Notes under the pieces: generated by a model
What the model was told of the DNA's origin: nothing
Database searches by the model: none
What the model saw: only the letters and a program-made list of their open reading frames with translations
Translations under genes and position numbers: made by a program
Shown here: piece by piece, positions 27,201 through 36,136 of the stretch
Numbering within the stretch: the first letter of the stretch is position 1
Layout of the letters: every line of letters starts with the position of its first letter
From: Candidatus Omnitrophota bacterium
GTDB lineage: Bacteria > Omnitrophota > Gorgyraeia > Pluralincolimonadales > Pluralincolimonadaceae
DNA: 64,000 nucleotides
Assembly: GCA_003141835.1 (NCBI GenBank)
Contig: PLNR01000009.1
Span: 8,307 to 72,306, forward strand
Direction of reading: 5' to 3'

Positions 27201-30200
27201 CATAGAACCGGAGGATCACGGAGGTGCTATTGGTGTAGGGATCATCGAAATTTATACTTAGACTTGTATATACTGGAGGGCTTGTGTCAAGAATTATCGA
27301 GTCATTTGCGGCACCAGACCAGTTACCGGCGACGTCTTTGAACTTGGCATAGACGGTCTTGGTGCCGTTCCCTGTTGCCAGGGTCCAGGATTTCGAGGTC
27401 GAGTAGGCCTCAGCGTCGGACCAAGTGGAATTGTCGTTTGAGAACTGCATCTGGCTTAGCCCGCTACCTGTATCTGTTGCCGAAAGAGTTAAGCTAACGT
27501 TTGCTGAATTGGTATATTGCTCGTCGTTATTTATTACGACTGTACCTGTAGGTGCTGTTGTGTCCGATGGGGTTATCTGTATATTATAAATCTTAAGCTC
27601 ATCAAATATGGCATCGGAGGGCACTCCTCCTTCGCCTCCTCCGCCTATGTATATGTCAGAATTGAAAGTGTCAGGAAGTGCGCCGGTATAGGCAGGTTCA
27701 CCGTTAAATGTCCAACTAACAGGGAGTTGCTGGTAATCAAGGTAGAGTTTCATGCCTGCCGGGCCGTAGGAGGTCGCCAGGTGATGCCAAGTGTTTGCAT
27801 CCCAGAGCCTTGAGGTGGCTGAGACTATGCCGTGCTGGACGCCGTCTTTTACTATCTTAAAATAGAGCGCGTTATCGGAATGTTTGAATATCTCTATACA
27901 GCTGTCCCAGCTCCAGTTGGTTGAGAATAAATGGTGCCAGACGTTATCATCTGAGTTCCAGACAGGCTTAAACCAGAACTCTATCTCCCCTTCCTTCTTA
28001 TTTAGGTCGGCTGAGGAGAATTGGACTAACCCCTCGTTACTACTATCAGAACCGGAGAGATATACTCCGTTTGAGAACTTGGCCGGTACGAAGTTAACGG
28101 TGCCTGTGCCGGTCTGAATTATAGATCCGGAATGGCCGATTGCTTCCGGGGTCTGGATAGAGGCCGCGCTATTTAAGGAGCAATGGAGATTTAATGAGGC
28201 GTCCTCTTCTGAAAGGGTTGTCCTTAAGTGATCCTGGGGAATTGCCATCTTTGGCGTTGAGGCCGAGGAATAGGAGACTTTTGCCGTCGCAAGGCCGCTG
28301 CCATTATAATACTCGACCTTTATATCGTGCCAGCCGGAGGTTAGGTTGACTGTGGCGCTTGTCTCCCCTACACCGTGGTCATACCAGGTGTCTATAAGAA
28401 GTGAGTTATCCACCCAGAGCTTTAGGCCGTCATCTGAGTTGGCATAGAAGGAGTATGTTTCGTTATAGTCGGCTTTGACCTGGCCTGTCCATCTTATAGA
28501 GTATGTGGAGCCCTCTATCGAGCTGTCGGGATAGAACGATAACCAGTCAAAGTCTATGTTCGGGTCAATGCGTCTTATCTTAAGGTTGGTTAAGTCTGAG
28601 TTATCGTAGTATTCGGCCAAGAGGCCGCCGGAGGAGCTATCATTGTTATAATAGAGGTTGGTTGACGGAATAACGGATTTAGCTATGGCAGTTGAGCTCC
28701 AGAGGAGCTTACATACCGCTGAACCGGTGTTCTCAAAATAATCTAGTTCTATATCATAGAGGCCGGGCGATAGGGCAACACTTGCCTGTCTCTCTGTTGC
28801 TCCTCCATTCTGCCAGGCGTCAATTAAGACCTGGCCGTTGACCCAGAGCCTGACTCCGTCATCTGTTGTAGCATAGAAGGTGTAGGTGTCAGAGGCATCT
28901 ATCTTTATCTTGCCCTTCCATTTGGCTGTATAGAGGTCGTTTCCTAAGGCGGCATCGGCCATATTCTCGCCCCAGTCGAAGTTTATTTGGGGGTCTATCT
29001 TAGTCAGGACGTATGAGGTTGGGCCGTAGATGTTAGTATATTTGCTATAGATGCCTTTAAGACCGCCCTGGTTGTATCCTGCCTGGGGCAGCTTGTCGTA
29101 ATAATAGAGATGATCCGAGGGGATTATGGTCTTGTTCGTAGATGAGGTGTTCCAGTAGAGCTTGGCGACAGCCCAGCCTGAACTATTGTAATATTCATAT
29201 TTAATGACATGAAGGCCGGGGTTTAAGTATACGGTCGCCTGGTGGTCTGAAGGGCCGTGGTCGTACCACTCATTTATTATAAGCTGGTTGTCTATCCAGA
29301 GCCGTGAGCCGTCATCTGTAGTCAAATAAAAGGTATAGCTGTCGGCAAAGTCTACCTTTACCTTCCCTGTCCACCGTACTGAGAATGTGGTGGGAGCTAT
29401 CGAGGCCTCCGGAGAATAGTTGCCCCAGTCAAAGTCTATCCTGGGATCGATGCGAGCAACTTTTAAGCCGGTAAAGTCTGAGTTATCGAAGTACTCTGCC
29501 GAAAGCCCGCCTTGGACAGGATCATGGCTATAGAGATCGTAGGCGCCTATGTCTATCCTATTACCTGGTATAGAGGACTCATCGGATGGCGAGCCGGAAT
29601 CTATGCAGGGACTCTCGTTTGCGTCGTTATTGGCTAAGTATTGGAGCTTTAGGAAGTCTGCGGATTCAGGGTCGGTTGATTTAAATAAGGGGTCTAGGAC
29701 AATATCGCCAGGACCAGGAAGTATTCCTCCATAATTCTTTGTGCCGCCTTGGCCGTTATTATAGAGGTCATTATAGCTTAAGACAGCTGAACAATCAGGG
29801 TCCATAACTATGCCATAGCAGGAGGGGTTGTTCAGACCGTTATTTACTATGATGTTGTTTTTGAGATAATTGGGACCGCTGTAATTATTTGACTGTATGC
29901 CGTTTGTGCCGTTGTTATAGATTGTGTTGTTAGAAATAGCGTTGTCATGAGAACCATAACTTAAGTCCACACCCAGCTGGCCGTTAGAGTAGATGAGATT
30001 ATTGTTTACCGCGTTATTACTGGTTCCTCCTACGACTATTATTCCGCCGTAGCCGTTTGAATAGGATTTGTTGCCCTTTACAGTGCAGTAGCTTGAGGAG
30101 CCCTCAAGCCATATGCCTGTGGATGTGTTATTGCGGCAAATATTAGTATCTATAATATTATAGTTGCAGGAGGTATATAGGTATATGCCGCAGGGACGGT

Positions 30201-31176
30201 CGCCTAAGGCGCCTGTTGAGCCGGAGCCGTTTGAGTAACAGGTATTATTTGAGATAACGTTATGATCGGAGGCGTTAACAAGAAAGATACCGCTGTTTGC
30301 GGCATTACGGACGGTAAAGCCGTCTATTTTGATATAGGATGCGCCGTCTAATTTAAAGCCATAGGGGAGTGTGGACTGACCGTCTATTATTACCTCTCCA
30401 TCGGCATGGAAGGTCAATAGCTGGTTGGCAAGACCTGAACGGGTAATTACTACCTGTTCATTATAGGCGCCGGGCTCGACTAGGACTAGATCAGAGGGGT
30501 TAGCGGTATCTGCAGCATGCTGGATGGTAGCCCAGGCGCCGGAAGAGCTGTTCTCGGTTCCGGGGTTATCGTCATCGCCATCAGCACGCACATAGTAGAT
30601 GTTCGCCTGGATGAGCTCGGCGTCGTCGAACTTGGCAGTCAAGTTTGCGTTTGTGCTTATAAAGACAACCCTTACCTTGTTCGCATTAGAAGGCGATATG
30701 GCAGAAATAGCCTGCTTAGCCCAGGCATTGGAAGGGATATTAATAAGCTTGTCCTCCTCGCCCAGCGTAAGGGTATCTTGGCACCAGTAAAGCTTGATGT
30801 AATAATTACCCGTTAGGGTGCCTTGATCCCTTAAGGTCCATATTGAAAATACATAAGGGGTATTTGGCGAGACGCTTACTTCCTGGTATTCGGCGCCGTT
30901 GCCTGAATTTATCCAGGAACACATGGCCGCGCCCCAGCTATCGGTATGATTAGCCCAGGATTCTGTTGTTACGCAGCCGTAGTTCGTCCAATTAGCGGCA
31001 GTTCCCCCGCTTCCGGTGTTGTCCTCGAAGGAAGGATTTAATAATAGATTGGTTGCCGATGCCGAAGGAAAGATGGCAAGCGTGGCGAGCATGAAATAAA
31101 AAAACCAGCGAAAAGCTGGTTTATTGATCAATGACTTATTTGTTCTTGTTACCGCTGGATGCGGGGAGCAATCCAT
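24262..31176 (-). CDS. Giant multidomain surface adhesin-like protein (2304 aa): parallel beta-helix, 3x PA14, LamG-like lectin, repeated Ig-like/FN3-like modules
   Basis: Signal-like N-terminus (KPAFRWFFYFMLATLAIFPSASA). A right-handed beta-helix repeat region (NAANSGIFLVNASDHNVISNNTCYSNG...). Three tandem PA14 domains (GGLSAEYFDNSDFTG...WTGKVKVDFADSYTFYLTTDDGSRLWIDN...). A ConA/LamG-like segment. Three ~97-aa repeats (TAPTGTVVINNDEQYTNSANVSLTLSATDTGSGLSQMQFSNDNSTW...). The C-terminal ~180 aa are very AT-rich. Confidence 0.7.
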   Translation of the reverse strand: MDCSPHPAVTRTNKSLINKPAFRWFFYFMLATLAIFPSASATNLLLNPSFEDNTGSGGTAANWTNYGCVTTESWANHTDSWGAAMCSWINSGNGAEYQEVSVSPNTPYVFSIWTLRDQGTLTGNYYIKLYWCQDTLTLGEEDKLINIPSNAWAKQAISAISPSNANKVRVVFISTNANLTAKFDDAELIQANIYYVRADGDDDNPGTENSSSGAWATIQHAADTANPSDLVLVEPGAYNEQVVITRSGLANQLLTFHADGEVIIDGQSTLPYGFKLDGASYIKIDGFTVRNAANSGIFLVNASDHNVISNNTCYSNGSGSTGALGDRPCGIYLYTSCNYNIIDTNICRNNTSTGIWLEGSSSYCTVKGNKSYSNGYGGIIVVGGTSNNAVNNNLIYSNGQLGVDLSYGSHDNAISNNTIYNNGTNGIQSNNYSGPNYLKNNIIVNNGLNNPSCYGIVMDPDCSAVLSYNDLYNNGQGGTKNYGGILPGPGDIVLDPLFKSTDPESADFLKLQYLANNDANESPCIDSGSPSDESSIPGNRIDIGAYDLYSHDPVQGGLSAEYFDNSDFTGLKVARIDPRIDFDWGNYSPEASIAPTTFSVRWTGKVKVDFADSYTFYLTTDDGSRLWIDNQLIINEWYDHGPSDHQATVYLNPGLHVIKYEYYNSSGWAVAKLYWNTSSTNKTIIPSDHLYYYDKLPQAGYNQGGLKGIYSKYTNIYGPTSYVLTKIDPQINFDWGENMADAALGNDLYTAKWKGKIKIDASDTYTFYATTDDGVRLWVNGQVLIDAWQNGGATERQASVALSPGLYDIELDYFENTGSAVCKLLWSSTAIAKSVIPSTNLYYNNDSSSGGLLAEYYDNSDLTNLKIRRIDPNIDFDWLSFYPDSSIEGSTYSIRWTGQVKADYNETYSFYANSDDGLKLWVDNSLLIDTWYDHGVGETSATVNLTSGWHDIKVEYYNGSGLATAKVSYSSASTPKMAIPQDHLRTTLSEEDASLNLHCSLNSAASIQTPEAIGHSGSIIQTGTGTVNFVPAKFSNGVYLSGSDSSNEGLVQFSSADLNKKEGEIEFWFKPVWNSDDNVWHHLFSTNWSWDSCIEIFKHSDNALYFKIVKDGVQHGIVSATSRLWDANTWHHLATSYGPAGMKLYLDYQQLPVSWTFNGEPAYTGALPDTFNSDIYIGGGGEGGVPSDAIFDELKIYNIQITPSDTTAPTGTVVINNDEQYTNSANVSLTLSATDTGSGLSQMQFSNDNSTWSDAEAYSTSKSWTLATGNGTKTVYAKFKDVAGNWSGAANDSIILDTSPPVYTSLSINFDDPYTNSTSVILRFYAYDTQSGITEMKFSNDNVNWSDPEPATSEINYTLPSGSGTKTVYAKAKDGAGNWSGAASDTIILDTTAPAQPTIDAVTSPTNANSQTVTGTKTEDAAAIIVTCSTATIGTVTYPTSTTWSCLLSSLAEGENSISVKAEDAAGNQSGPATTNILLDAAAPSGTVTINSGAQYTNSVAVTLTLSATDNGSDLSQMQFSNDNINWSTPEVYATSKSWTLTTGEGIKTAYAKFKDVAGNWSAAVSDTIILDTASPVIAITSPENNSTSTVSPITVSGTVDDNTATVVIKVNDVVKATPVPVNGAYSASVPLTQGTNTIVAVATDPATNSSNSNSITVNYQQEEVTLSIAITFPADNVLVNTPTITISGTVSDNTATVTIGDIQADVADNTFIASNIPLTEGTNIITAWAVKDTISTQAIINVILDTTPPGISIYAPDNNSTTRSNIVCGRVSDDAQIVTINGAVIEPLADFRFIARPTLSEGADTITIQATDQAGNTNQKQINITYNTQTPKVTITSPVDNAEQDISPINVQGTNTTDLSLIMVNSTTALINNTNFTAEEIVLDTIKTVVTASGYDANNNQFCDSILVNSPDLANYELFKVSGDVTQGDPNCPSAGSNQTLKVRLDKNNQHEPNEEILFSITQGNGSLSSTSSFTDANGEAAITLTTDTNSETTNQVEAHSVSNPLVKTVFSVATKPAQPSVLTKITDDSVTPAPAVTIPLIVKLTDSNNNPIQNETINFQVIQGAGTISSPTTVTTDYGEAEVNLTCPNLALALTQIQVSTNANPFVAVTFNITTSALLTVTADDIIARVNLNDSMIQDTKADITVTSNSPFLAPITYLKIWIKGNKQKVQEISPNPGVYIRPIIEESVATMSKEIVSGDSTSNIYVVKIKKEGQTDEYPYVVNYIDYGKGVIIKTEYHILQNGFETINTSEYSDFVQMENAWGYQNEVDKVYGEGGKLLYTTTHIYSNVYINTGIPDSEFQ
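26400..27560 (-). repeat. Three near-identical ~290-bp intragenic tandem repeats encoding Ig-like modules of the giant adhesin
   Basis: DNA segments near 26460, 27010 and 27300 share long identical runs (...gaccagttaccggc...tttgccttggcatagacggtctt...). They encode the TxSxxVTINSGAQYTNS...AKFKDVAGNWS repeats. Boundaries are approximate. Confidence 0.6.
28220..29510 (-). repeat. Three tandem PA14-domain-encoding repeats (~370 bp each) inside the giant adhesin gene
   Basis: Three consecutive PA14 domains in the protein; the DNA-level similarity is visible (e.g. ...ccagtcaaagtctat...gggtcgat... recurring). Boundaries are approximate. Confidence 0.5.
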
Positions 31177-31234
31177 AGAGTGAGGTGCTCGCTTAAATTT
31201 GACGGGTTAAGTTACTTTGTGCCCACGTGAGCAT

Positions 31235-31262
31235 ATATTAGCACCTATTTTTCCTTTGTCAA
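31235..31262 (-). promoter_or_regulatory. Near-consensus sigma70-type promoter driving the low-GC adhesin/lipase island operon
   Basis: On the minus strand: TTGACA (31262-31257), 16-nt spacer, TAATAT (31240-31235). It lies in the rlmN-adhesin intergenic region, ~55 nt upstream of the adhesin ATG (31176). Confidence 0.5.
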
Positions 31263-31277
31263 GAAAAATTCTTATGC

Positions 31278-32348
31278 TTAACTTTTGCCTGTTTCGCGCA
31301 GGCGCAACTGTCCGCAGGCGGCGTCGATGTCGGCGCCTTTTTCTGCCCTTACGGTGGAATTGATCCCCGCTTTTTCAAGTATCTCCTGGAAAATCTTGAC
31401 GTCCTTAAAAGAAGGCGGGGCAAATTTAAAATCGGAGACCGCGTTGAACGGAATGAGGTTCACTTTGCAGTTTAATCCCTTCAGCAGTTTGGCGAGGTTC
31501 TGCGCGTCGGTAGGCGAAGAATTGACGTCCTTGATGAGGATATATTCGAAGGTTATTATCCTTCCCTTCCCTTTGGTGTATTCGCGGCAGAATTCCATAA
31601 GTTCGGCCAGGGGATATTTTTTGTTTATGGGCATGAGCCTTGAGCGTTTTATGTCGTCGGCTGAGTGCAGCGAAACGGAAAGCTCGAACTGTTCTTTCTC
31701 CTGCATGAACCGTTTCATTCCCGGGATGTATCCTGCGGTCGAGACGGTTATCTTCCTGGCGCCGATGCCCAACCCCAACGGGGAATTCATTATCCCGATC
31801 GCCTTGATGACGTTATCATAATTGGCAAGCGGCTCGCCTGTGCCCATCATCACCACATTGGTTATGCGCTTGGCCGCGCCGATATCATCCTGTATGGCGA
31901 GCGCTTGGTCGAGTATCTCGCCGCAGCGCAGGTCCCTCTTGAACCCGAGGAGCCCGCTGGCGCAGAAATAACAGCCAAACGCGCACCCAGCCTGCGACGA
32001 AAGGCATATCGTATGCCTGCCTGTCCCGCCGCCTGCGGGATCTTTGGCCGGGATATAAACACCCTCGACCTCCTCGCCGTCATTTAATTTGAAGAGGTAT
32101 TTCCGCGTGCCGTCGGACTTTGAGACCTGTTTTTTTATTATCTCAGAACCGGAAATTAAGAATTTGTTGGTGAGGTAGTCGCGTAGTTTGGAGGGCAGGT
32201 CTGTCATCAGCCCGAATGTCCTGGCCCCTTTTTTATGTATCCACTCGAAGACCTGTTCGGCCCTGTACGGCGGCTCATTGAGGCTTTTAATGCGCGCCGT
32301 AAGCTCGACGAGCGAGAGGTCCTTTATATCCTCTTTATTTTCGGCCAT
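31278..32348 (-). CDS. rlmN: 23S rRNA / tRNA (adenine-C2)-methyltransferase RlmN (radical SAM)
   Basis: Radical-SAM CxxxCxxC (GCAFGCYFCASG) plus RlmN-specific C-terminal motifs. 356 aa. Confidence 0.85.
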   Translation of the reverse strand: MAENKEDIKDLSLVELTARIKSLNEPPYRAEQVFEWIHKKGARTFGLMTDLPSKLRDYLTNKFLISGSEIIKKQVSKSDGTRKYLFKLNDGEEVEGVYIPAKDPAGGGTGRHTICLSSQAGCAFGCYFCASGLLGFKRDLRCGEILDQALAIQDDIGAAKRITNVVMMGTGEPLANYDNVIKAIGIMNSPLGLGIGARKITVSTAGYIPGMKRFMQEKEQFELSVSLHSADDIKRSRLMPINKKYPLAELMEFCREYTKGKGRIITFEYILIKDVNSSPTDAQNLAKLLKGLNCKVNLIPFNAVSDFKFAPPSFKDVKIFQEILEKAGINSTVRAEKGADIDAACGQLRLRETGKS

Positions 32349-32354
32349 CGGTTC

Positions 32355-33668
32355 CTATTCTACTTTGAAGGACCTGTTCGCCGTGGCGGCGTTCCCGTTG
32401 CCGTCGTTCACGAAGAGATATAGCCTGTAGAGGCCTTTTACTGCGGGCGCGGTCATCCTGAATTTTGCCCCGACGTTCTCGAACTTGGCCGGCACTTCTT
32501 CGTTCACGTAATACTGCAGTATCCCTTCCTGCGCGGTGGAAACGGAGAATGAATAATCGAGCGGGTTGCTGTCGATATCAACGGCCTCAGCCGTGATATC
32601 GATGGTCTCGCCCGGGGCGATATTTTTGGTCTTGCTCAATTTTAACTCAACGACGCGGGGCGGAAGGTTGACCTGCCTGCTTCCCGTATATATCTTGTAT
32701 AATTCCCAATACGAGGCCTTCTTCAGCAATTTTTGGTTTATGTTCCACCACGTGAACGATTCCTGCGAGGTCTCCCCGAGATGGAACGCGAAACCCCCGA
32801 TATCGTATCCCTTGAAGTTCATTATCTCATGCGTCATGTTCCTGTATATCGCCGCCTTTGCCTGGTCCGATTCTTCCAACGAGGCGCCGTTCTGGTCCTT
32901 CTTTACGTCCCAGGGCCCGTGCGGGCCGTATTCGGTCACGCAATAAGGGATGTTCAGCCCTGACTTATCCCACTTGGTGTGGGAGATCCTCACACTGCCG
33001 TATATATTCATCCCGAATATATCCAGGCTCGGTACGTATTGCTGGATATAAGGCAACGCCGTCGTATCGGCCGAGGTATAGATTACCGGGTGGTTTGGGT
33101 CGAGTTTATGGACCATCTGCACCGTCTCCTCGAGGAATTTAGCCAAGGCCACGCGTTCCTCCTCGTCCTTCGTGAAGAATAACGCCTCGTTGCCTATGTT
33201 CCACATCAAGAGCGCAGGATGGCCCTTGAATTTAATGACATAATCCATTATCTCCTGCGTCTTCTTCTTTTTATATTCGTTATCTCCGATATACGTGTAC
33301 TCCGTGTCTTTCTTGGCGTAATTTATCCATATCCCGGCGTCGACCATGAGGTCGTACTTCTGAGCCGCATCGAAATATTCCTGCGTGCCCTGGTCGGTGC
33401 CCCAGGTGCGGACCGCGTTTGCTCCCAGCTCCTGCGCCATTTTGAGGTAATCCGCGCCGCCGAGGCCGGCCATTTTACCGACGCCGACGCCTTTGATGTA
33501 GAACGGCTTGCCGTTGACTTCCAAACTCCAGTTGCCTTTCTTTCCGGTGATCTTTACCATGGTTGGAACCACGTCAGTGGTTCCAACCAGACCATCTCCA
33601 TAACATGGCGCGGTAAAAAATAACAATATTAAAGCGATCAGGAGAAATGACGGGTATCGTTTATGCAT
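32355..33668 (-). CDS. Secreted clan GH-A glycoside hydrolase (GH2-TIM-barrel-like) with a C-terminal Ig-like domain
   Basis: Signal peptide from MHKRYPSFLLIALILLFF, an internal start that avoids the overlap with the upstream gene. Acid/base motif HPALLMWNIGNEA and nucleophile motif CVTEYGPHG, as in GH2/GH5 TIM barrels. Confidence 0.55.
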   Translation of the reverse strand: MHKRYPSFLLIALILLFFTAPCYGDGLVGTTDVVPTMVKITGKKGNWSLEVNGKPFYIKGVGVGKMAGLGGADYLKMAQELGANAVRTWGTDQGTQEYFDAAQKYDLMVDAGIWINYAKKDTEYTYIGDNEYKKKKTQEIMDYVIKFKGHPALLMWNIGNEALFFTKDEEERVALAKFLEETVQMVHKLDPNHPVIYTSADTTALPYIQQYVPSLDIFGMNIYGSVRISHTKWDKSGLNIPYCVTEYGPHGPWDVKKDQNGASLEESDQAKAAIYRNMTHEIMNFKGYDIGGFAFHLGETSQESFTWWNINQKLLKKASYWELYKIYTGSRQVNLPPRVVELKLSKTKNIAPGETIDITAEAVDIDSNPLDYSFSVSTAQEGILQYYVNEEVPAKFENVGAKFRMTAPAVKGLYRLYLFVNDGNGNAATANRSFKVE

Positions 33669-34243
33669 TGTATTATTGCCTTTCCGTTCATGTAGGAAAC
33701 TTCGCTGATGCCGCAATTATCCACCCTTATCCCCTGGAAGATGCGGTCGAAATCCGCATCGAGCGTCTTCGCGAGGTGCGCGGCTATCACGCCCCAGTGC
33801 GTCACGACGCAGATATTTCCGGCGGGATCTTTTCCCAGTATCGACTTGAACGCGCGGTTTACCCTCTTCCTGAATTTCGGCACGCCCTCCCAGCCCGGGA
33901 TCCCTGCCTTCGAAGGGTCCTTAAGCCACATCGCGTATGACCTGGGATAAAGCCTTTTCACCTCGTTCATTGTCTTTCCCTGCCAGACGCCGAGGATTAT
34001 CTCCTGTAAACCGTGATCGAATTTTATCTTCGCCCCGGTCCGCCTCGAGATGATGCGCGCGGTCTGCGCGCAGCGCTTAAGCGGGCTGGAATAAATGATA
34101 TCTACCTTTTTCTTCTTAAGCCGTTTGCCGGCGCTGTTCGCCTGCCGTTTCCCTTTTTCGCTTAAGCCCGGGTCCTTGCTTCCCTGGACCCTCTTCTCCC
34201 TGTTCCAGACCGACTCGCCGTGCCTCAATATGAATAAGTTCAT
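33638..34243 (-). CDS. Histidine phosphatase family protein (phosphoglycerate-mutase-like)
   Basis: The catalytic RHGES motif (LFILRHGESVWN) is near the N-terminus, and a conserved His lies in VVTHWGVI. Confidence 0.75.
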   Translation of the reverse strand: MNLFILRHGESVWNREKRVQGSKDPGLSEKGKRQANSAGKRLKKKKVDIIYSSPLKRCAQTARIISRRTGAKIKFDHGLQEIILGVWQGKTMNEVKRLYPRSYAMWLKDPSKAGIPGWEGVPKFRKRVNRAFKSILGKDPAGNICVVTHWGVIAAHLAKTLDADFDRIFQGIRVDNCGISEVSYMNGKAIIQCINDTRHFS

Positions 34244-34842
34244 TTTATCAGCGTGAAACTCCGCCTATGAATCGGCGACGGCCCGAATCTCCTTATTGCC
34301 AGGAAATGCAAACGCGTCCCGTAGCCTTTGTGCCTCGCAAACCCGTATTCGGGATAGATTATATCGTAATAAGACATTATGAAGTCCCTCGTCACCTTCG
34401 CGATGATAGAAGCGCAGGCGATCGAAATGGAATGGGATTCGCCGTGTATAATAGTCTTCTTTGGATGGGGCAATTCAGGAGAGATGTTGCCGTCTATGAG
34501 GAGGTAGTCCGGATCTACTCCGAGGTCGTAGACCGCCAGCTCCATCGCGTGAAGGCTCGCCCGCAGGATATTGACCCTGTCTATATCTTTTTCGCCCACT
34601 ATGCCGATCCCGACGACCGCCTTCCGCAATATCTCCTCGTAAGCCCTCTCGCGCGAGAGCCTGGTAAGGGCCTTGGAATCGGCTATCCTGTTCTTGAACC
34701 TGAAATTCCTCAATATGACCGCGGCAGCCACGACCGGGCCTGCCAGGGGGCCGCGGCCTGCCTCATCGATCCCCGCGATCTGTTTTTTGCCCTGCCTGGT
34801 TAGTTTGCGCTCATTATACAACATCGGCCTTTTTGCCGACAT
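34240..34842 (-). CDS. rnhB: Ribonuclease HII
   Basis: IAGIDEAGRGPLAGPVV carries the DEAGRG catalytic motif. 200 aa. Confidence 0.85.
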   Translation of the reverse strand: MSAKRPMLYNERKLTRQGKKQIAGIDEAGRGPLAGPVVAAAVILRNFRFKNRIADSKALTRLSRERAYEEILRKAVVGIGIVGEKDIDRVNILRASLHAMELAVYDLGVDPDYLLIDGNISPELPHPKKTIIHGESHSISIACASIIAKVTRDFIMSYYDIIYPEYGFARHKGYGTRLHFLAIRRFGPSPIHRRSFTLIK

Positions 34843-35146
34843 TTTTACGCATGTAATAGAGTTTGGCCCTCTTCGGATTCGAGGATTTTATAACCTCTAC
34901 CTTATCCACGGAAGGCGAATGGAGCGGGAAAGTCCTCTCTACGCCCTCGCCGTAAGAAACGCGGCGAACAGTGAAGCTCGACGAGATGCCGCTTCCCCTC
35001 TTTTTTATCACTACGCCCTCGAATGACTGGAGGCGGAACTTGTCCTCTTCCCTGATCTTTACGAAGACCTTTACCGTATCGCCGACCTTGAACGCCGGGA
35101 CCTCTTTTTTCATGTAATCTTTTTCTGCGGCTGCGCACTTATTCAT
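34814..35146 (-). CDS. rplS: 50S ribosomal protein L19
   Basis: ...VPAFKVGDTVKV...LQSFEGVVI...FTVRRVSYGEGVERTFPLHSP... aligns with bacterial L19. Confidence 0.85.
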   Translation of the reverse strand: MNKCAAAEKDYMKKEVPAFKVGDTVKVFVKIREEDKFRLQSFEGVVIKKRGSGISSSFTVRRVSYGEGVERTFPLHSPSVDKVEVIKSSNPKRAKLYYMRKNVGKKADVV

Positions 35147-35886
35147 TACTTCTTCTCCTTATTTATCCCGCTGAGGCGGGATTTCCCCGCTGAGGCGGGA
35201 CTCCGCGCCCCGAATGCGGGGCTCAACATGTCCGGACGCCTTGATCTCGTCCTGCTCAATGCCATCTTCCTTCTCCAAACATCTATTTTATTATGGTCGC
35301 CGGATAAAAGTACATCCGGCACCTTAAGGCCCCTGAAATCCGCCGGCCTCGTGTACTGGGGATATTCCAGCAGGCCCGACTCGAACGACTCGTGCTCGAG
35401 CGAACCCTTATCCCCGACGACTCCCGGCACAAGCCTTACCACGCTGTCGACCAGCGCCATCGCCGGTATCTCCCCGCCTGTCAGCACGAAATCCCCGAGA
35501 GATATTTCATCCGTCACGAGCTTCTTGCGGAACCGTTCGTCGATCCCCTCGTAATGCCCGCAGACTATTATGATGTGCTTATATCCGGACATCTTTTTTG
35601 CGGCCGGCTGGTCGAGCCTCTTGCCCTGCGGCGTCATAAGGACGACCCTCGACGACTTCGTCTTCAAATCCCCTACAGCATCAAAGAGCGGCTGCGGCTT
35701 TATCACCATCCCAGGCCCGCCGCCGAACGGCTTGTCGTCGACTTTTTTATGCTTGTCGTCCGTCCAGTCCCGCAGGTTGTGGACCCGTATATCGACCTTC
35801 CCCGCCTTGCGAGCCCGTTTGATTATCGATTCACCGAGCACGCCTTCGAACATCCCGGGGAAGAGCGTAAGTATATCTATCCGCAT
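35146..35886 (-). CDS. trmD: tRNA (guanine37-N1)-methyltransferase TrmD
   Basis: [13 protein letters not shown]... with SPOUT-knot motifs ([26 protein letters not shown]). Confidence 0.9.
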   Translation of the reverse strand: MRIDILTLFPGMFEGVLGESIIKRARKAGKVDIRVHNLRDWTDDKHKKVDDKPFGGGPGMVIKPQPLFDAVGDLKTKSSRVVLMTPQGKRLDQPAAKKMSGYKHIIIVCGHYEGIDERFRKKLVTDEISLGDFVLTGGEIPAMALVDSVVRLVPGVVGDKGSLEHESFESGLLEYPQYTRPADFRGLKVPDVLLSGDHNKIDVWRRKMALSRTRSRRPDMLSPAFGARSPASAGKSRLSGINKEKK

Positions 35887-35890
35887 CGAG

Positions 35891-36133
35891 TTAAATTATG
35901 CCGGACTTCCTGAATATGTTCGCGCACGCTGAAGAAGGTTTCGCGCCGAGCTTGATCCAGTGCAGAATCCTCTCCTTCTTGAGGTTGCCGAATGCCGGCG
36001 TCTTCGTCGGGTCGTAATAGCCGAGCTCTTCGATCGCCTTCATGTCGCGTCCCCTGCGGGAATCTATGACTATGATCCTCTGATGGGGCATCTTCTTTGT
36101 GCCTAACCTCTTTAACCTGATCACTGCTGCCAT
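35891..36133 (-). CDS. rpsP: 30S ribosomal protein S16
   Basis: [30 protein letters not shown]...GYYDP is a canonical S16 N-terminus. Confidence 0.85.
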   Translation of the reverse strand: MAAVIRLKRLGTKKMPHQRIIVIDSRRGRDMKAIEELGYYDPTKTPAFGNLKKERILHWIKLGAKPSSACANIFRKSGII

Positions 36134-36136
36134 TGA

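Noticed and set aside
26400-29510. Tandem repeats considered as a possible CRISPR array or mobile-element remnant
   Set aside because: The repeats are ~290-370 bp, in-frame and encode Ig-like and PA14 protein domains. There is no short repeat-spacer periodicity and no cas, integrase or transposase genes anywhere in the window.
16821-31262. Classical tRNA-integrated genomic island or prophage
   Set aside because: No integrase, recombinase, att-like direct repeats or phage genes were seen, and the only tRNA is 14 kb away. It is kept only as a compositional island finding.
32355-33716. Track start at 33716 for the glycosidase (overlapping the histidine phosphatase gene by 79 nt)
   Set aside because: The internal Met (MHKRYPSFLLIALILLFF) gives a proper signal peptide and removes the overlap. 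The upstream 16 residues are likely not translated.
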